Assembly (NCBI RefSeq): GCF_009914755.1 | Contig: NC_060942.1 | Strand: one strand, 5' to 3' | DNA length: 64,000 nt | Source: the human T2T-CHM13v2.0 reference genome, Homo sapiens | Shown: piece after piece, positions 1 through 16,166 of the stretch | Layout of the letters: every line of letters begins with the position of its first letter | Numbering within the stretch: position 1 is the stretch's first letter | Translations under genes and position numbers: made by a program | The notes under the pieces: model-generated | Seen by the model: only the letters and a program-made list of their open reading frames with translations | Database searches by the model: none | What the model was told of the DNA's origin: nothing

Positions 1-96
1 TGGCTCTTTGGAGACTTGCTGGTTGAAGTAGCTACGAAATTTAACAGCGACCCCTGGAGGCTAGCATCGGAACTGTCACCGGCATAATTTCGTTGT

Positions 97-141
97 TTTT
101 AACTTTTCAGTTAAAAAACTTTTAACTTTTCAGTTAAAAAA
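97..141. repeat. Tandem duplication of TTTTAACTTTTCAGTTAAAAAA (period 23 bp)
   Basis: Identical 22-mers at 97-118 and 120-141; each unit has internal arms TTTTAAC/GTTAAAA. Confidence 0.9.
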
Positions 142-878
142 GAAAGCAAGCGTTCTTTGGCTGTCTCTGTGCCGGATGCAGAGGGCACAACTGCTCTGTG
201 GCACAGCCCTCTGTGATCGGCCGCGTGAGGGTCCTGTCATCTTGTCTTTCCCTTGTTTCTTCCTTCAGGGCGCTAGGGACACCACCAAAATGGTTTTATC
301 TGATGATTGTGTTGCTCCAGTCTCTTGTGTTGTGCACGAATCGTTTTGAACAGGATGAGAAAGCTCTTCTTCTCAAATGAACGCTATTTCTCTAATGAGA
401 ATGCGATCAACATTTAAAATCTCTCCCGGGGAAGGAACTGAGAAGAAAACATTTTTTTTTTCCCCCTTGGGAGTTTTGTGACTTATCTGCCGAGAATGTG
501 AAGTGTGGGGGGTACTCAGACATTTTACTCCAAAAGCCATTTCAGAAGGGCTTATTTTGGAAAAACATTTTCTATCTGACAGTTTGTGCTGCTTCTATCT
601 TTTCATTTCCAAGTACGAAATGAGGAATGGTTTACATAAGTGCCACCGCTGTTCACTCCACACAGAGCTTTTAATAAGAATGAATTGTTATTTTTGGAAA
701 CATTTTGGACTGTTTATCCAAATGGGATAAATATTAAATAGTTTTTCTTCAAACATAATATGTATGTATTAAAGACAAGCATCATATATCCCAAAAAGAA
801 TATGAAGGAAAGAAAAATCCACCAAGGTTGTAAACTGAAATGATTTTTATTATTGGTTAGGTTTTTTTGGGATTTGGA

Positions 879-1121
879 TTTTTTTTTTTTTCTTAGAGAC
901 GGGGTCTTTCTCTGTTGCACAGGTTGGAGTGCAGTGGTGTTTGCATAGCTCACTGCAGCCTCAAACTCCTTGGCTCGGGGATCCTCCCACCTTAGTCTCC
1001 TGAGTAGCTAAGACTACCACCAGTGTGCTTCACTATGCCTATTTTTAATTTTTTTTCTTTTTTGTGGAGATGAGAGCCTTGCTATGTTGCCCAGGCTCGT
1101 CTTGAATTTCTAGCATCAAGT
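879..1121 (-). mobile_element. AluJ-like SINE, 5'-truncated and diverged
   Basis: Poly(T) followed by reverse-complement Alu right arm (gagacggggtc...ggagtgcagtgg...gctcactgcagcctcaaactcct) and part of the left arm. Confidence 0.85.
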
Positions 1122-1174
1122 ATAGGTCTTTATAATGATAGCCTTCTTCTCTGAGTATCATAGGCATGATGCGT

Positions 1175-1285
1175 GGAGTCTTTGCATGTGGGACAGAGTC
1201 CTGGCTCTGTCACTTTCAGTCCAATGACCTTGAACAAGTTGTTTGCGCTCTCTGTTATCTGTAAAAGAGGAATAAAACTATCTGT
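1175..1285 (+). mobile_element. MIR fragment
   Basis: MIR core-like ctggctctgtcact...tgaccttgaacaagtt...atctgtaaaa; boundaries approximate. Confidence 0.6.
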
Positions 1286-1908
1286 CCAGGCCACATTTTA
1301 GAATTCACATTGTATTAAAATCATATGTACTCAGAATACGGTTAAGGACCAAACCACTGTGTGTTTGTATTGTTGTTATTTTTCTAATTCTTTGTGTAGT
1401 GTAGAAACTGACTTGGCTTCTGGTGTCTTTGGCAACAGCAGTAAGTAGTAGAACAGTGAAAAAGGAGCATTTATGCTGTTCTCCCACAGCATAAATGAGC
1501 ATGCAGGCAATTTGGAGCCGTGTCCCAGAGCAAATTGTCTTTGCTGATGAAGGAAGAATTTGCACCTGGCAAGAGAAAAGGACAGGGGGACTATTTTAAA
1601 GATCCTTCAGACATTACTAGAGAGTAACACCTTGTTTGAGCTGTACAGACGAACAGAGTTAAATTCATACCTGAGGAGCTATTGCCGGCAGAGTACTGTA
1701 CAGGCATTTATCTTAAGATGAGTTTGGCATGGGGCTGGAGTGGGGCTGGTGGCCTGGGAGATGTCAGAGAGCACTGGTGAGCAGTAAGTTGACAATGGAT
1801 TGGGAAGCATGCCAGGTTGAGGAGCATCCTATAGAACCAGTCTCTCCTTTTATCCCCCAAATACAAGTCTGCAAGGGATCAAAAGTGGGCTATATTTAAA
1901 TAATTGGC

Positions 1909-2087
1909 AAACAAAAATTGTAAAGTTTTTGTATTGAAAGGTCAGTGGTGGTAAGACAAAATGTCTTGTAAATTAAGATTTTAAGAAGTGCATTAAAATG
2001 TTTTACAATTACTTTCTGAGATTTCTGTATATCACACTAAAATTTTTTATATCATGTTAATAAAAGTCATTGACCTGGTAAAAAAAT
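1909..2087 (+). pseudogene. Probable short retrocopy of an mRNA 3' end (parent not identified)
   Basis: AATAAA at 2059-2064, A-tract starting 15 nt later (2080), flanked by AAATAATTGGC (1898-1908) and AAATAATTGCC (2088-2098) with TT|AAAT at the left junction. Confidence 0.55.
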
Positions 2088-3012
2088 AAATAATTGCCTT
2101 TAGACAAAGCCTCTTTGGACTTACAGAACAAATAAAGGCAAGAAGATTTAAAAAATAGCACCAAACAACCAGATTTCATTGTCTATACTGACTATCCAGT
2201 GATGCTGCTTAAGTGAGACACAGTTCTTAGCTGTTGGCTAAGCAGAGATTTAATTTAATTTGATAAGAAATAGGCAGTTAAAGTAGCTGATTTCTTCCTT
2301 GTCTGGCAACTGCTCTATATTTGCCCACATTTTATAAAAGAATTTTGTGCTACTGGCAGTGTGAGGAGCTTGGCACAGCCTTTAGTACATATTAAGCTCT
2401 CAATACATGCTCATTAGCAATATTATTATTAGTATTTACTGTCATCATCAGTGCATGTAATGGCAAGGGGAGCTGGCTTTAGGGACAACTAGATCCAGCA
2501 TATCAAACATGATCTTTCTCATTTCTGCCTCTGCTTGCTAACTTCATTCTCTCCTGACAGCTGCTTCTCCACTCAGCTCTGGACATGGCAGCAGGCAGCT
2601 CTGTCTTCTCACCTTTGTTATAACCAGACAGATAAACACACAATTCCCCATTAGCTCAGGCAGGAAAGAACCCTGATTGGTCTGGTGCAGCTCATGTGCT
2701 CACATTTTGGACCAATTACCAATCAGCTTCATTGCAATATTTTGTAAGTTGTAAAGACACATGAGAATACGTGGTATTATAATTATTAACATCATTATTG
2801 TTTCTATCATCTCTCCCTTCTGTAACTGGCTCACTGCTACTTCAAAATTTGGTACAGATGTGGCCTTTCCAAGAGACTCCTTTTCACCTCTTCAGGACGG
2901 GAGGTGTAGCCCTTCTTTGTGTTCCATAATACTTGGTGCTTTCCCTTGTCCTTGCATTTACTGCTCTAGGTTCACCCCTCGACTCTGAGCTCTTTGAGAG
3001 AAGAAGATGCTT

Positions 3013-3166
3013 CTTCATCTATAAAATAATAATTTTGTCAATAAATATTTATTAAGTGTGCTAGAAGACAGACAAATTTTTGTGACAGAGACACGCAATT
3101 AATTGTTAAGTATTATTGGCTACTTAATAAATATTTATTGACAAAATTATCATTTTATAGATGAAG
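3013..3166. repeat. Inverted repeat, 45-bp arms, 64-bp spacer
   Basis: 3013-3057 is the reverse complement of 3122-3166 with 1 mismatch. Confidence 0.92.
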
Positions 3167-3329
3167 CATTGAACTAAATTCGTACTGAACCAAGGATGCC
3201 CCTTGGAAGTTATTATTTAAAATAAATCCATGAACAGGGTCTGTTACCCTGTAATTTGTTTCTGCCAATCCTATGACTATATACTACTGTGCTGAGGCAA
3301 AATTATCTGAAGATCATAGCCAGAGTTAA

Positions 3330-3565
3330 TGTTAGTTGAACACTTACTATGTGTTGGACTCCTTTCTAAGCACTTTACATGTTTTAACACACACAGTCTT
3401 TGCAAGAGTGGCTTGTTACTATTATTATTCTCATTTTACAGAGAGGGAAATGAGGCACAGAGAAATTAAGTAACATGCATAGGGGCACCCAGCTAATACA
3501 TAAATGATAGAAATGGATTTCAAATGTAATTAGTCTGGTTTGAGAGCCTAGACTCTGAATTATAG
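3330..3565 (-). mobile_element. MIR
   Basis: cacttactatgtg...attctcattttacagagagggaaatgaggcacagagaaattaagtaac = reverse MIR core; boundaries approximate. Confidence 0.75.
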
Positions 3566-3821
3566 ACTCCTAGTGTGTAATGTTTCCTGAAATGAATTTT
3601 AATAATATAATATCCATACAGACACACCTTTTTGTTGGTAGTAAGGGAGCAAACTCTCTAATTCTTTCTTCTCTACTTTGAACTGATCTCAATCACTCAC
3701 ATCAGCAGCACCACCACCAATATTAAAAGAAACCTACTAAGCTAGCCTGTTAAGTGTAGGATACAGTGGTAGGTACAGGAACAAGAGGTTCATGACATAG
3801 CCTTTGCCTTCAAAGAGCTTA

Positions 3822-4114
<293 letters not shown>

Positions 4115-6708
4115 AAAAAGCTTAAAATCCTGGTAGAAATATGGCCCATATACATAGGAAGATAAACACCTTTCTGGATAGTCTGTGCTAAGCACAAAAT
4201 GAAATACAGACAATAAAGTGTTTGGGAGTAGTTATGGTATTTTAAAAGGTGGCAGAAAAATCTGGATTGAAACCCGTGAGATGAGGCACACTCCAGTAGA
4301 CTGTCAGTTCCTCAAAGATCATGGCAATGTCTTAGCAATCTTGGGATAAACACAGTGTCTGCTGCTGTGCAGAGCAGACCCTCGTCTGCGTTGTGAAGCG
4401 AATTGGATCCTAGCTGTATTACTTACAACATGGTAGCAAGCCAGCTACCCTATCTGTGCCACAGTTGAGTCATCTTCCTATTCTTGCTGTGTTAGTTGTG
4501 AAGTTAACAAGCTAATCTTGTGAAAGTTGGTGGCAGAGTTCTTAGCACCCAACACTGGGTGCCCTCACTATGTGTCTAGTACAAATCTAGGAACTCAGGA
4601 AGGGGACATAGGTGTGGGCTGGTTGCAACGGCTTTGTAAAGTCATCCTGTGGGCATTTGGAGAGGAGTACCCTAGGGCTTTTCTTCGGAAGCTGCAATAT
4701 GGTGTACTCGAGTGTGGTGTCTCTAGTGACAAACTTCTCCATGGGGAGGCTTGTGGTTGCAGTTGCTGACTCAGCTGGTTGTCGGAGGGCCCTGGAGATG
4801 TAAGCTGCTGGGATGAACCCAGACTTACACTCAAAACAAGCCACCGTAAGTCAGCTGCCAGTTCTTCACACTTCTCCAGACTGAGCAAAGCATTGCATTG
4901 AAAAGTTGGCCCACAAAACATTTCTGGTGAATCCCAACTGGTTCATAATTTGTATATGCGACTGAAACCATGAACATTTCACGTTCTCTTACATTCTGTT
5001 CTTGCAGGCTCCTGCGATCTGTTTTGCTTTTTCTCACATTGTTGAAGTTATGACACCCACCTTTTTTTTTTTTTCTTCTGCACGAGATCCTCTTCTCATA
5101 GGCATCCATGGGAGTCTGGAGTTACAATTAGTGACAGGAAACAGACTCACAGCATCTTTCACTCTCTTGCCGCTCCTTGGGGTGGCAGCAGGAGGGAGGC
5201 ATGCTTTCTCTTTGTGGTCTGGAGCCCCCTGGGTGATAATTTTAGACCATGGACCTTAGCCTCCCACCGTTTCATGGTCAAGTTCACTGAGTCTGGAGAA
5301 GTCTCTCCTGGTGTATCTGGAATATGAAGTGACCCAAAGGACCTTTATCCTCAAGTTTCTGTTGAAGCACACAACCTCATTTCTACTTTATGCTCGGCAG
5401 ACTCACTATCTTTTCTGCTTCCTCTGTTGCTTGTGTTACAGATGGAAGATAAGATTGGAGAGGAGGAAGAGTTAGTTTTGAGTCTCTGACAACAGGGCTG
5501 CCACTGCCAGATTGCATCAAACCGTTTTAGGTTTTGTCTTCTGGGAAGCACCATTGCATCATAGTCAAACACGAGGGCCAGGAAGCCCAAGAAGTGTGGG
5601 TTTCAATTCCATCTCCACTTATCAGCCACACTTTTGTGCCTCAGTTTTCTTATACACAAGATAAGGCTGGTAATCTGGCCAAACTTTCAGGATAAGAATT
5701 ATAGACATTTAAGAAACCCAGGAAACTGTCCGGCACATAGGAAGCATTGATATTACTGAGTGATAGCACTGAGCCAGTAAAACCCAGACAGAAGTTGGAA
5801 GATAGGGCACAGTGTTCTTGTATCTTCTGAGCAGATGGGTAAAGAAATTGGATAAGAATTCAACGTGGTGGCTGTTGAAAGTCATCACTGGGTCTTCTTG
5901 GTCCAGCCATTCCCTTTGGTCTCTGTCTTTGGCCTGGACCACCATCTTACCTCCATCATTCTTGAAGGACACACCTGAAGCCTCACCATTGCAGCAGGCT
6001 TATCATCAGGAATTAATAAGGTGCAGGGAATTACTGACAACCTCTGAAACACTGCAAAAGGCACTGCCTCATCTCCTTTGGAATCTTGAAATATTAAGAA
6101 GGGAGAGGAGGCATTCGAATGACATTTTAAAGAAAATCTATTTTGCATCTGTAGGTTGCAGTCTCCTAGAGGATGGAGATTGGGCCTTGGGGCCCTGGGC
6201 TGCCCTATTTGTGGAACGGTTGGAGTGTTTTGTAGGCACACAGCATGATGACGATGGATTAAATTGGACCCCTAACTGTGTCCACATCCTCTTTCATTGT
6301 CAATCCTGGATCTAAGTGTGCATTGATTCATTGACCTGACCTCAACCACCAATGATGAATGAGCAGAAGGTTTTTGTTCTCCTGCTTCCATTATAGGCTT
6401 AGCATCTCTCAGAGAGCGTTGGCTAGGTTGGCAGACTGTGACACAAATCACAATCATGGCATCTTGGTAGGTTCTAGCATCTATTACTTGAAAGAGGGAT
6501 GAAAATTAAGTAAAATATGTAAATATTGAAACCATAGCCATCTTCCTGAGAGGTGAAAACTTTCGGTGGGTTTCCTGCACAGAGGGACTGACCCAAGTAT
6601 GGAAGCAGTCTAACACAATACTTGTAAGCTGAATCAGACCAGACTGAAATCTTGGACTTCACACACTGCCATTCATTATAGACCAAGTCCCTCTGGTTTG
6701 AGTGATAG

Positions 6709-7034
<326 letters not shown>

Positions 7035-8639
7035 TATTTATTTATTTTATTATTATTTTAAAATTATACTTTAAGTTCTGGGATACATGTGCAGAGTGTG
7101 CAGATTTGTTACATAGATATACACATTCCATGGTGGTTTGCTGCACCCATCAACCCGTCATCTTCATTAGGTATTTCTCCTAATGCTATCCCTCCCCTAG
7201 CCCCATCCCCTGACAGGCCCCAGTGTGTGATGTTCCCCTCCCTGTGTCTATGTGTTATCACTGTTCAACTCCCACTTATGAGTGGGAACATGCAGTGTTT
7301 GGTTTTCTTTTCCTGTGTTAGTTTGCTGAGAATGATGGTTTCCAGCTTCATCCATGCCCCTGCAAAGGACATGAACTCATCCTTTTTTATGGCTGCATAG
7401 TATTCCACGGTGTATATGTGCCACATTTTCTTTATCCAGTCTATCATTGATTGGCATTTAGGTTGGTTCCAAGTCTTTGGTATTGTGAATAGTGCTGCAA
7501 TAAACTATGTGTGCATGTGTCTTTATAGCAGAATGATTTATAATCCTTTGGGTATATACCCAGTAATGGGATTGCTGGGTCAAATGGTATTTCTTCCACA
7601 ATGGTTGGACTAATTTACACTCCCACCAACAGTGTAAAAGCATTCCTATTTCTCCACATCCTCTCCAGCATCTTTTGTTTGCTCACTTTTTAATGATCGC
7701 CATTCTAACTGGCATTAGATGGTATCTCATTGTGGTTTTGATTTGCATTTCTCTAATGACCAGTGATGATGAGCTTTTTTTCATATGTTTGTTGGCCACA
7801 TAAATGTCTTCTTTTGAGAAGTGTCTGTTCATATCCTTTGCCCACTTTTTGATGGGGTTGTTTTTTTTTTTCTTGTAAATTTGTGTAAGTTCTTTGTAGA
7901 TTCCGGATATTAGCCCTTTGTCAGATGGATAAATTGCAAAACTTTTCTCCCATTCCGTAGGTTGCCTGTTCACTCTGATGATAGTTTCTTTTGCTGTGCA
8001 GAAGCTCTTTAGCTTAACTAGATCCCACTTGTCAATTTTGGCTTTTGTTGCCATTGCTTTTGGTGTTTTAGTGATGAAGTCTTTGCCCATGCCTATGTCC
8101 TGAATGGTATTGCCTAGGTTTTCTTCTATGTTGAACCAGCATTGCATCCCAGGGATGAAGCTGTCTTGATCATGGTGGATAAGCTTTTTGATGTGCTGCT
8201 GGATTCAGTTTGCCAGTATTTTATTGAGAATTTTCTCATCGATGTGCATCAGGGATATTGGCCTGAAATTTTCTTTTTTTGGTGTGTCTCTGCCAGGTTT
8301 TGGTATCAGGATGATGCTGGCCTCATAAAATGAGCTAGGGAGGAGTTGCTCTTTTTCTGTTGTTTAAAATAGTTTCAGAAGGAATGGTATCAGCTCCTCT
8401 TTGTACCTCGGGTAGAATTTGGCTCTGAATCTGTCTGGTCCTTGGCTTCTTTTGGTTGGTAGGCTATTAATTGCTGCCTCAATTTCAGAAGTTGTTATTG
8501 GTCTATTCAGAGATTCGACTTCTTTCTGGTTTAGTCTTGGGAGGGTGTATGTGTCCAGGAATTTATCCATTTCTTCTAGATTTTCTAGTTTATTTGCATA
8601 GAGGTGTTTATAGTATTCTCTGATGGTACTGTGGGTTCA

Positions 8640-8831
<192 letters not shown>

Positions 8832-9379
8832 TTATTGCCTTCTGCTAGCTCTTGAACTTGTTTGCTCTTGCTTCTCCAGTTCTTTTAATTGAGATGGTAG
8901 GGTGTTGATTTTAGATCTTTCCTGCTTTCTTCTGTGGGCATTTAGTGGTGTAAATTTCCCTCTAAACACTGTTTTAGCTGTGTCCCAGAGATTCTGTTAT
9001 GTTGTGTCTCTGTTCTCATTGGTTTCAAAGAACTTATTTATTTCTGCCTTAATTTCGTTATTTACCCAGTAGCCATTCAGGAGCAGGTTGTTCAGTTTCC
9101 ATGTAGTTGTGTGGTTTTATTTATTCATTTTTTATTTATTTATTTATTTATTTTTAAGTTTTTTTTCTTTTATTATTATACTTTAAGTTTTAGGGTACAT
9201 GTGCACATTGTGCAGGTTAGTTACATATGTATACATGGGCCATGCTGGTGCGCTGCACCCACTAACGCGTCATCTAGCATTAGGTATATCTCCCCATGCT
9301 ATCCCTCCCCCCTCCCCCCATCCCACAACAGTCCCCAGAGTGTGATGTTCCCCTTCCTGTGTCCATGTGATCTCATTGT

Positions 9380-13205
<3,826 letters not shown>

Positions 13206-13268
13206 TATGATGTTAGCTGGTTATTTTGCTTGTTAGTTGATGCAGTTTCTTCCTAGTCTCGATGGTCT

Positions 13269-14280
13269 TTACATTTTGGCATGATTTTGCAGCGGCTGGT
13301 ACCGGTTGTTCCTTTCCACGTTTAGCGCTTCCTTCAGGAGCTCTTTTAGGGCAGGCCTGGTGGTGACAAAATCTCTCAGCATTTGCTTGTCTGTAAAGTA
13401 TTTTATTTCTCCTTCACTTATGAAGCTTAGTTTGGCTGGATATGAAATTCTGGGTTGAAAATTCTTTCTTTAAGAATGTTGAATATTGGCCCCCACTCTC
13501 TTCTGGCTTGTAGGGTTTCTGCCGAGAGATCCGCTGTTAGTCTGATGGGCTTCCCTTTGAGGGTAACCTGACCTTTCTCTTTGGCTGCCCTTAACATTTT
13601 TTCCTTCATTTCAACTTTGGTGAATCTGACAATTATGTGTCTTGGAGTTGCTCTTCTCGAGGAGTATCTTTGTGGCATTCTCTGTATTTCCTGAATCTGA
13701 ACGTTGGCCTGCCTTGCTAGATTGGGGAAGTTCTCCTGGATAATATCCTGCAGAGTGTTTTCCAACTTGGTTCCATTCTCCCCATCACTTTCAGGTACAC
13801 CAATCAGACGTAGATTTGGTCTTTTCACATAGTCCCATATTTCTTGGAGGCTTTGCTCATTTCTTTTTATTCTTTTTTCTCTAAACTTCCCTTCTCACTT
13901 CATTTCATTCATTTCATCTTCCATCGCTGATACCCTTTCTTCCAGTTGATCGCATCGGCTCCTGAGGCTTCTGCATTCTTCACGTAGTTCTCGAGCCTTG
14001 GTTTTCAGCTCCATCAGCTCCTTTAAGCACTTCTCTGTATTGGTTATTCTAGTTATACATTCTTCTAAATTTTTTCAAAGTTTTCAACTTCTTTGCCTTT
14101 GGTTTGAATGTCCTCCTGTAGCTCAGAGTAATTTGATCGTCTGAAGCCTTCTCTCAGCTCGTCAAAGTCATTCTCCGTCCAGCTTTGTTCTGTTGCTGGT
14201 GAGGAACTGCATTCCTTTGGAGGAGGAGAGGCGCTCTGCTTTTTAGAGTTTCCGGTTTTTCTGTTCTGTTTTTTCCCCAT
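13269..14280 (-). pseudogene. ORF1: L1 ORF1p of the inner L1, frameshifted
   Basis: MGKKQNRKTGNSK start at 14280; KRPNLRLIGVPE/ARREWGPIF segment at 13427-13828; frame breaks near 14070 and 13460. Confidence 0.96.
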
Positions 14281-15170
14281 CTTTGTGGTTTTATCTACTT
14301 TTGGACTTTGATGATGGTGATGTACAGATGGGTTTTTGGTGTGGATGTCCTTTCTGTTTGTTAGTTTTCCTTCTAACAGACAGGACCCTCAGCTGCAGGT
14401 CTGTTGGAGTACCCTGCCGTGTGAGGTGTCAGTGTGCCCCTGTTGGGGGGGTGCCTCCCAGTTAGGCTGCTCGGGGGTCAGGGGTCAGGCACCCACTTGA
14501 GGAGGCAGTCTGCCCATTCTCAGATCTCCAGCTGCGTGCTGGGAGAACCACTGCTCTCTTCAAAGCTGTCAGACAGGGACACTTAAGTCTGCAGAGGTTA
14601 CTGCTGTCTTTTTGTTTGTCTGTGCCCTGCCCCCAGAGGTGGAGCCTACCGAGGCAGGCAGGCCTCCTTGAGCTGTGGTGGGCTCCACCCAGTTGGAGCT
14701 TCCCGGCTGCTTTGTTTACCTAATCAAGCCTGGGCAATGGCGGGCGCCCCTCCCCCAGCCTCGTTGCCGCCTTGCAGTTTGATCTCAGACTGCTGTGCTA
14801 GCAATCAGCGAGACTCCGTGGGCGTGGGACCCTCCGAGCCAGGTGCGGGATATAATCTTGTGGTTCGCCATTTTTTAAGCCCGCCGGAAAAGCGCAGTAT
14901 TCGTGTGGGAGTGACCCGATTTTCCAGGTGCGTCCGTCACCCCTTTCTTTGACTCGGAAAGGGAACTCCCTGACCCCTTGCGCTTCCCGAGTGAGGCAAT
15001 GCCTCGCCCTGCTTCGGCTCGCGCACCCACTGACCTGCGCCCACTGTCTGGCACTCCCTAGTGAGATGAACCCGGTACCTCAGATGGAAATGCAGAAATC
15101 ACCGTCTTCTGCGTCGCTCACGCTGGGAGCTGCAGACCGGAGCTGTTCCTATTCGGCCATCTTGGCTCCC
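14281..15170 (-). promoter_or_regulatory. L1 5'UTR internal sense promoter and antisense promoter (CpG-rich)
   Basis: Intact YY1 motif (CAAGATGGCCG on - strand, ~15154-15164); many retained CpGs at 14740-15160. Confidence 0.85.
14737..14952 (+). CDS. ORF0: L1 antisense ORF0 (71 aa), intact frame
   Basis: MAGAPPPASLPPCSLISDCCASNQRDSVGVGPSEPGAGYNLVVRHFLSPPEKRSIRVGVTRFSRCVRHPFL*; start context GCAATGG; donor-like CAG|GTGCG at 14843 and 14928. Expression is not shown by sequence. Confidence 0.85.
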   Translation: MAGAPPPASLPPCSLISDCCASNQRDSVGVGPSEPGAGYNLVVRHFLSPPEKRSIRVGVTRFSRCVRHPFL

Positions 15171-16166
15171 AGTTGTGTGGTTTTAAGTGAGTTTCTTAAC
15201 TCTGAGTTCTAATTTGATTGCACTGTGGTCTGAGAGACTGTCTGTTATGATTTCTGTTCTTTTGCCTTTGCTGAGGAGTGTTTTACTTTTAATTATGCGG
15301 TCAATTTTAGAATAAGTGTGATGTGGTGCTGGGAAGAATGTATATTCTGTTGATTTGGGCTGGAGAGTTCTGTAGATGTCTAGTAGGTCAGCTTGGTCCA
15401 GAGCTGAGTTCAAGTCCCGAATATCCTTGTTAATTTTCTGTCTCATTGATCTGTCTAATATTGACAGTGGGGTGTTAAAATCTCCCACTATTATTGTGTG
15501 GGAGTCTAAGTCTCTTTGTAGGTCTCTAAGAACTTGCTTTATGAATCTGGGTGCCCTGTATTGGGTGCATATGTATTTAGGATGGTTAGCTCTCCTTGTT
15601 GCATTGATCCTTTTACCATCATGTAATGCCCTTCTTTGTCTCTTTTGATCTTTGTTGGTTTAAAGTCTGTTTTATCAGAGACTAGGATTGCAACTCCTGC
15701 CTTTTTTTGCTTTCCATTTGCTTGGTAAATATTCCTCCATCCCTTTATTTTGAGCCTATGTGTGTCTCTGCACGTGAGATGGGTTTCCTGAATACAGCAC
15801 ACTGATGGATCTTGACTCTTTATCCAACTTGCCAGTCTGTGTCTTTTAATTGGGGCATTTAGCCCATTTACATTTAAGGTTAATATTGTTATGTGTGAAT
15901 TTGATCCTGTGTTTATGATGCTAGCTGGTTATTGTGCCCATTAGTTGATTCAGTTTCTTCATAGTGTCAATGGTATTTACAATGTGGTAAGTTTTTGCAG
16001 TGGCTGGAACTGTTTTTTTCTTTCCATATTTAGTGCTTCCTTCAGTAGCTCTTGTAAGGCAGGCCTGTTGGTGGCAAAATCTCTCAGCATTTGCTTGTCT
16101 ATAAAGGATTTTATTTCTCCTTCACTTATGAAGCTTATTTTGACTGTATATGAAATTCTGGGTTGA

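Noticed and set aside
5812-6315. 167-aa ORF in unique sequence
   Set aside because: Non-ATG start, no recognisable domain, no convincing splice sites or retrocopy hallmarks; compatible with chance.
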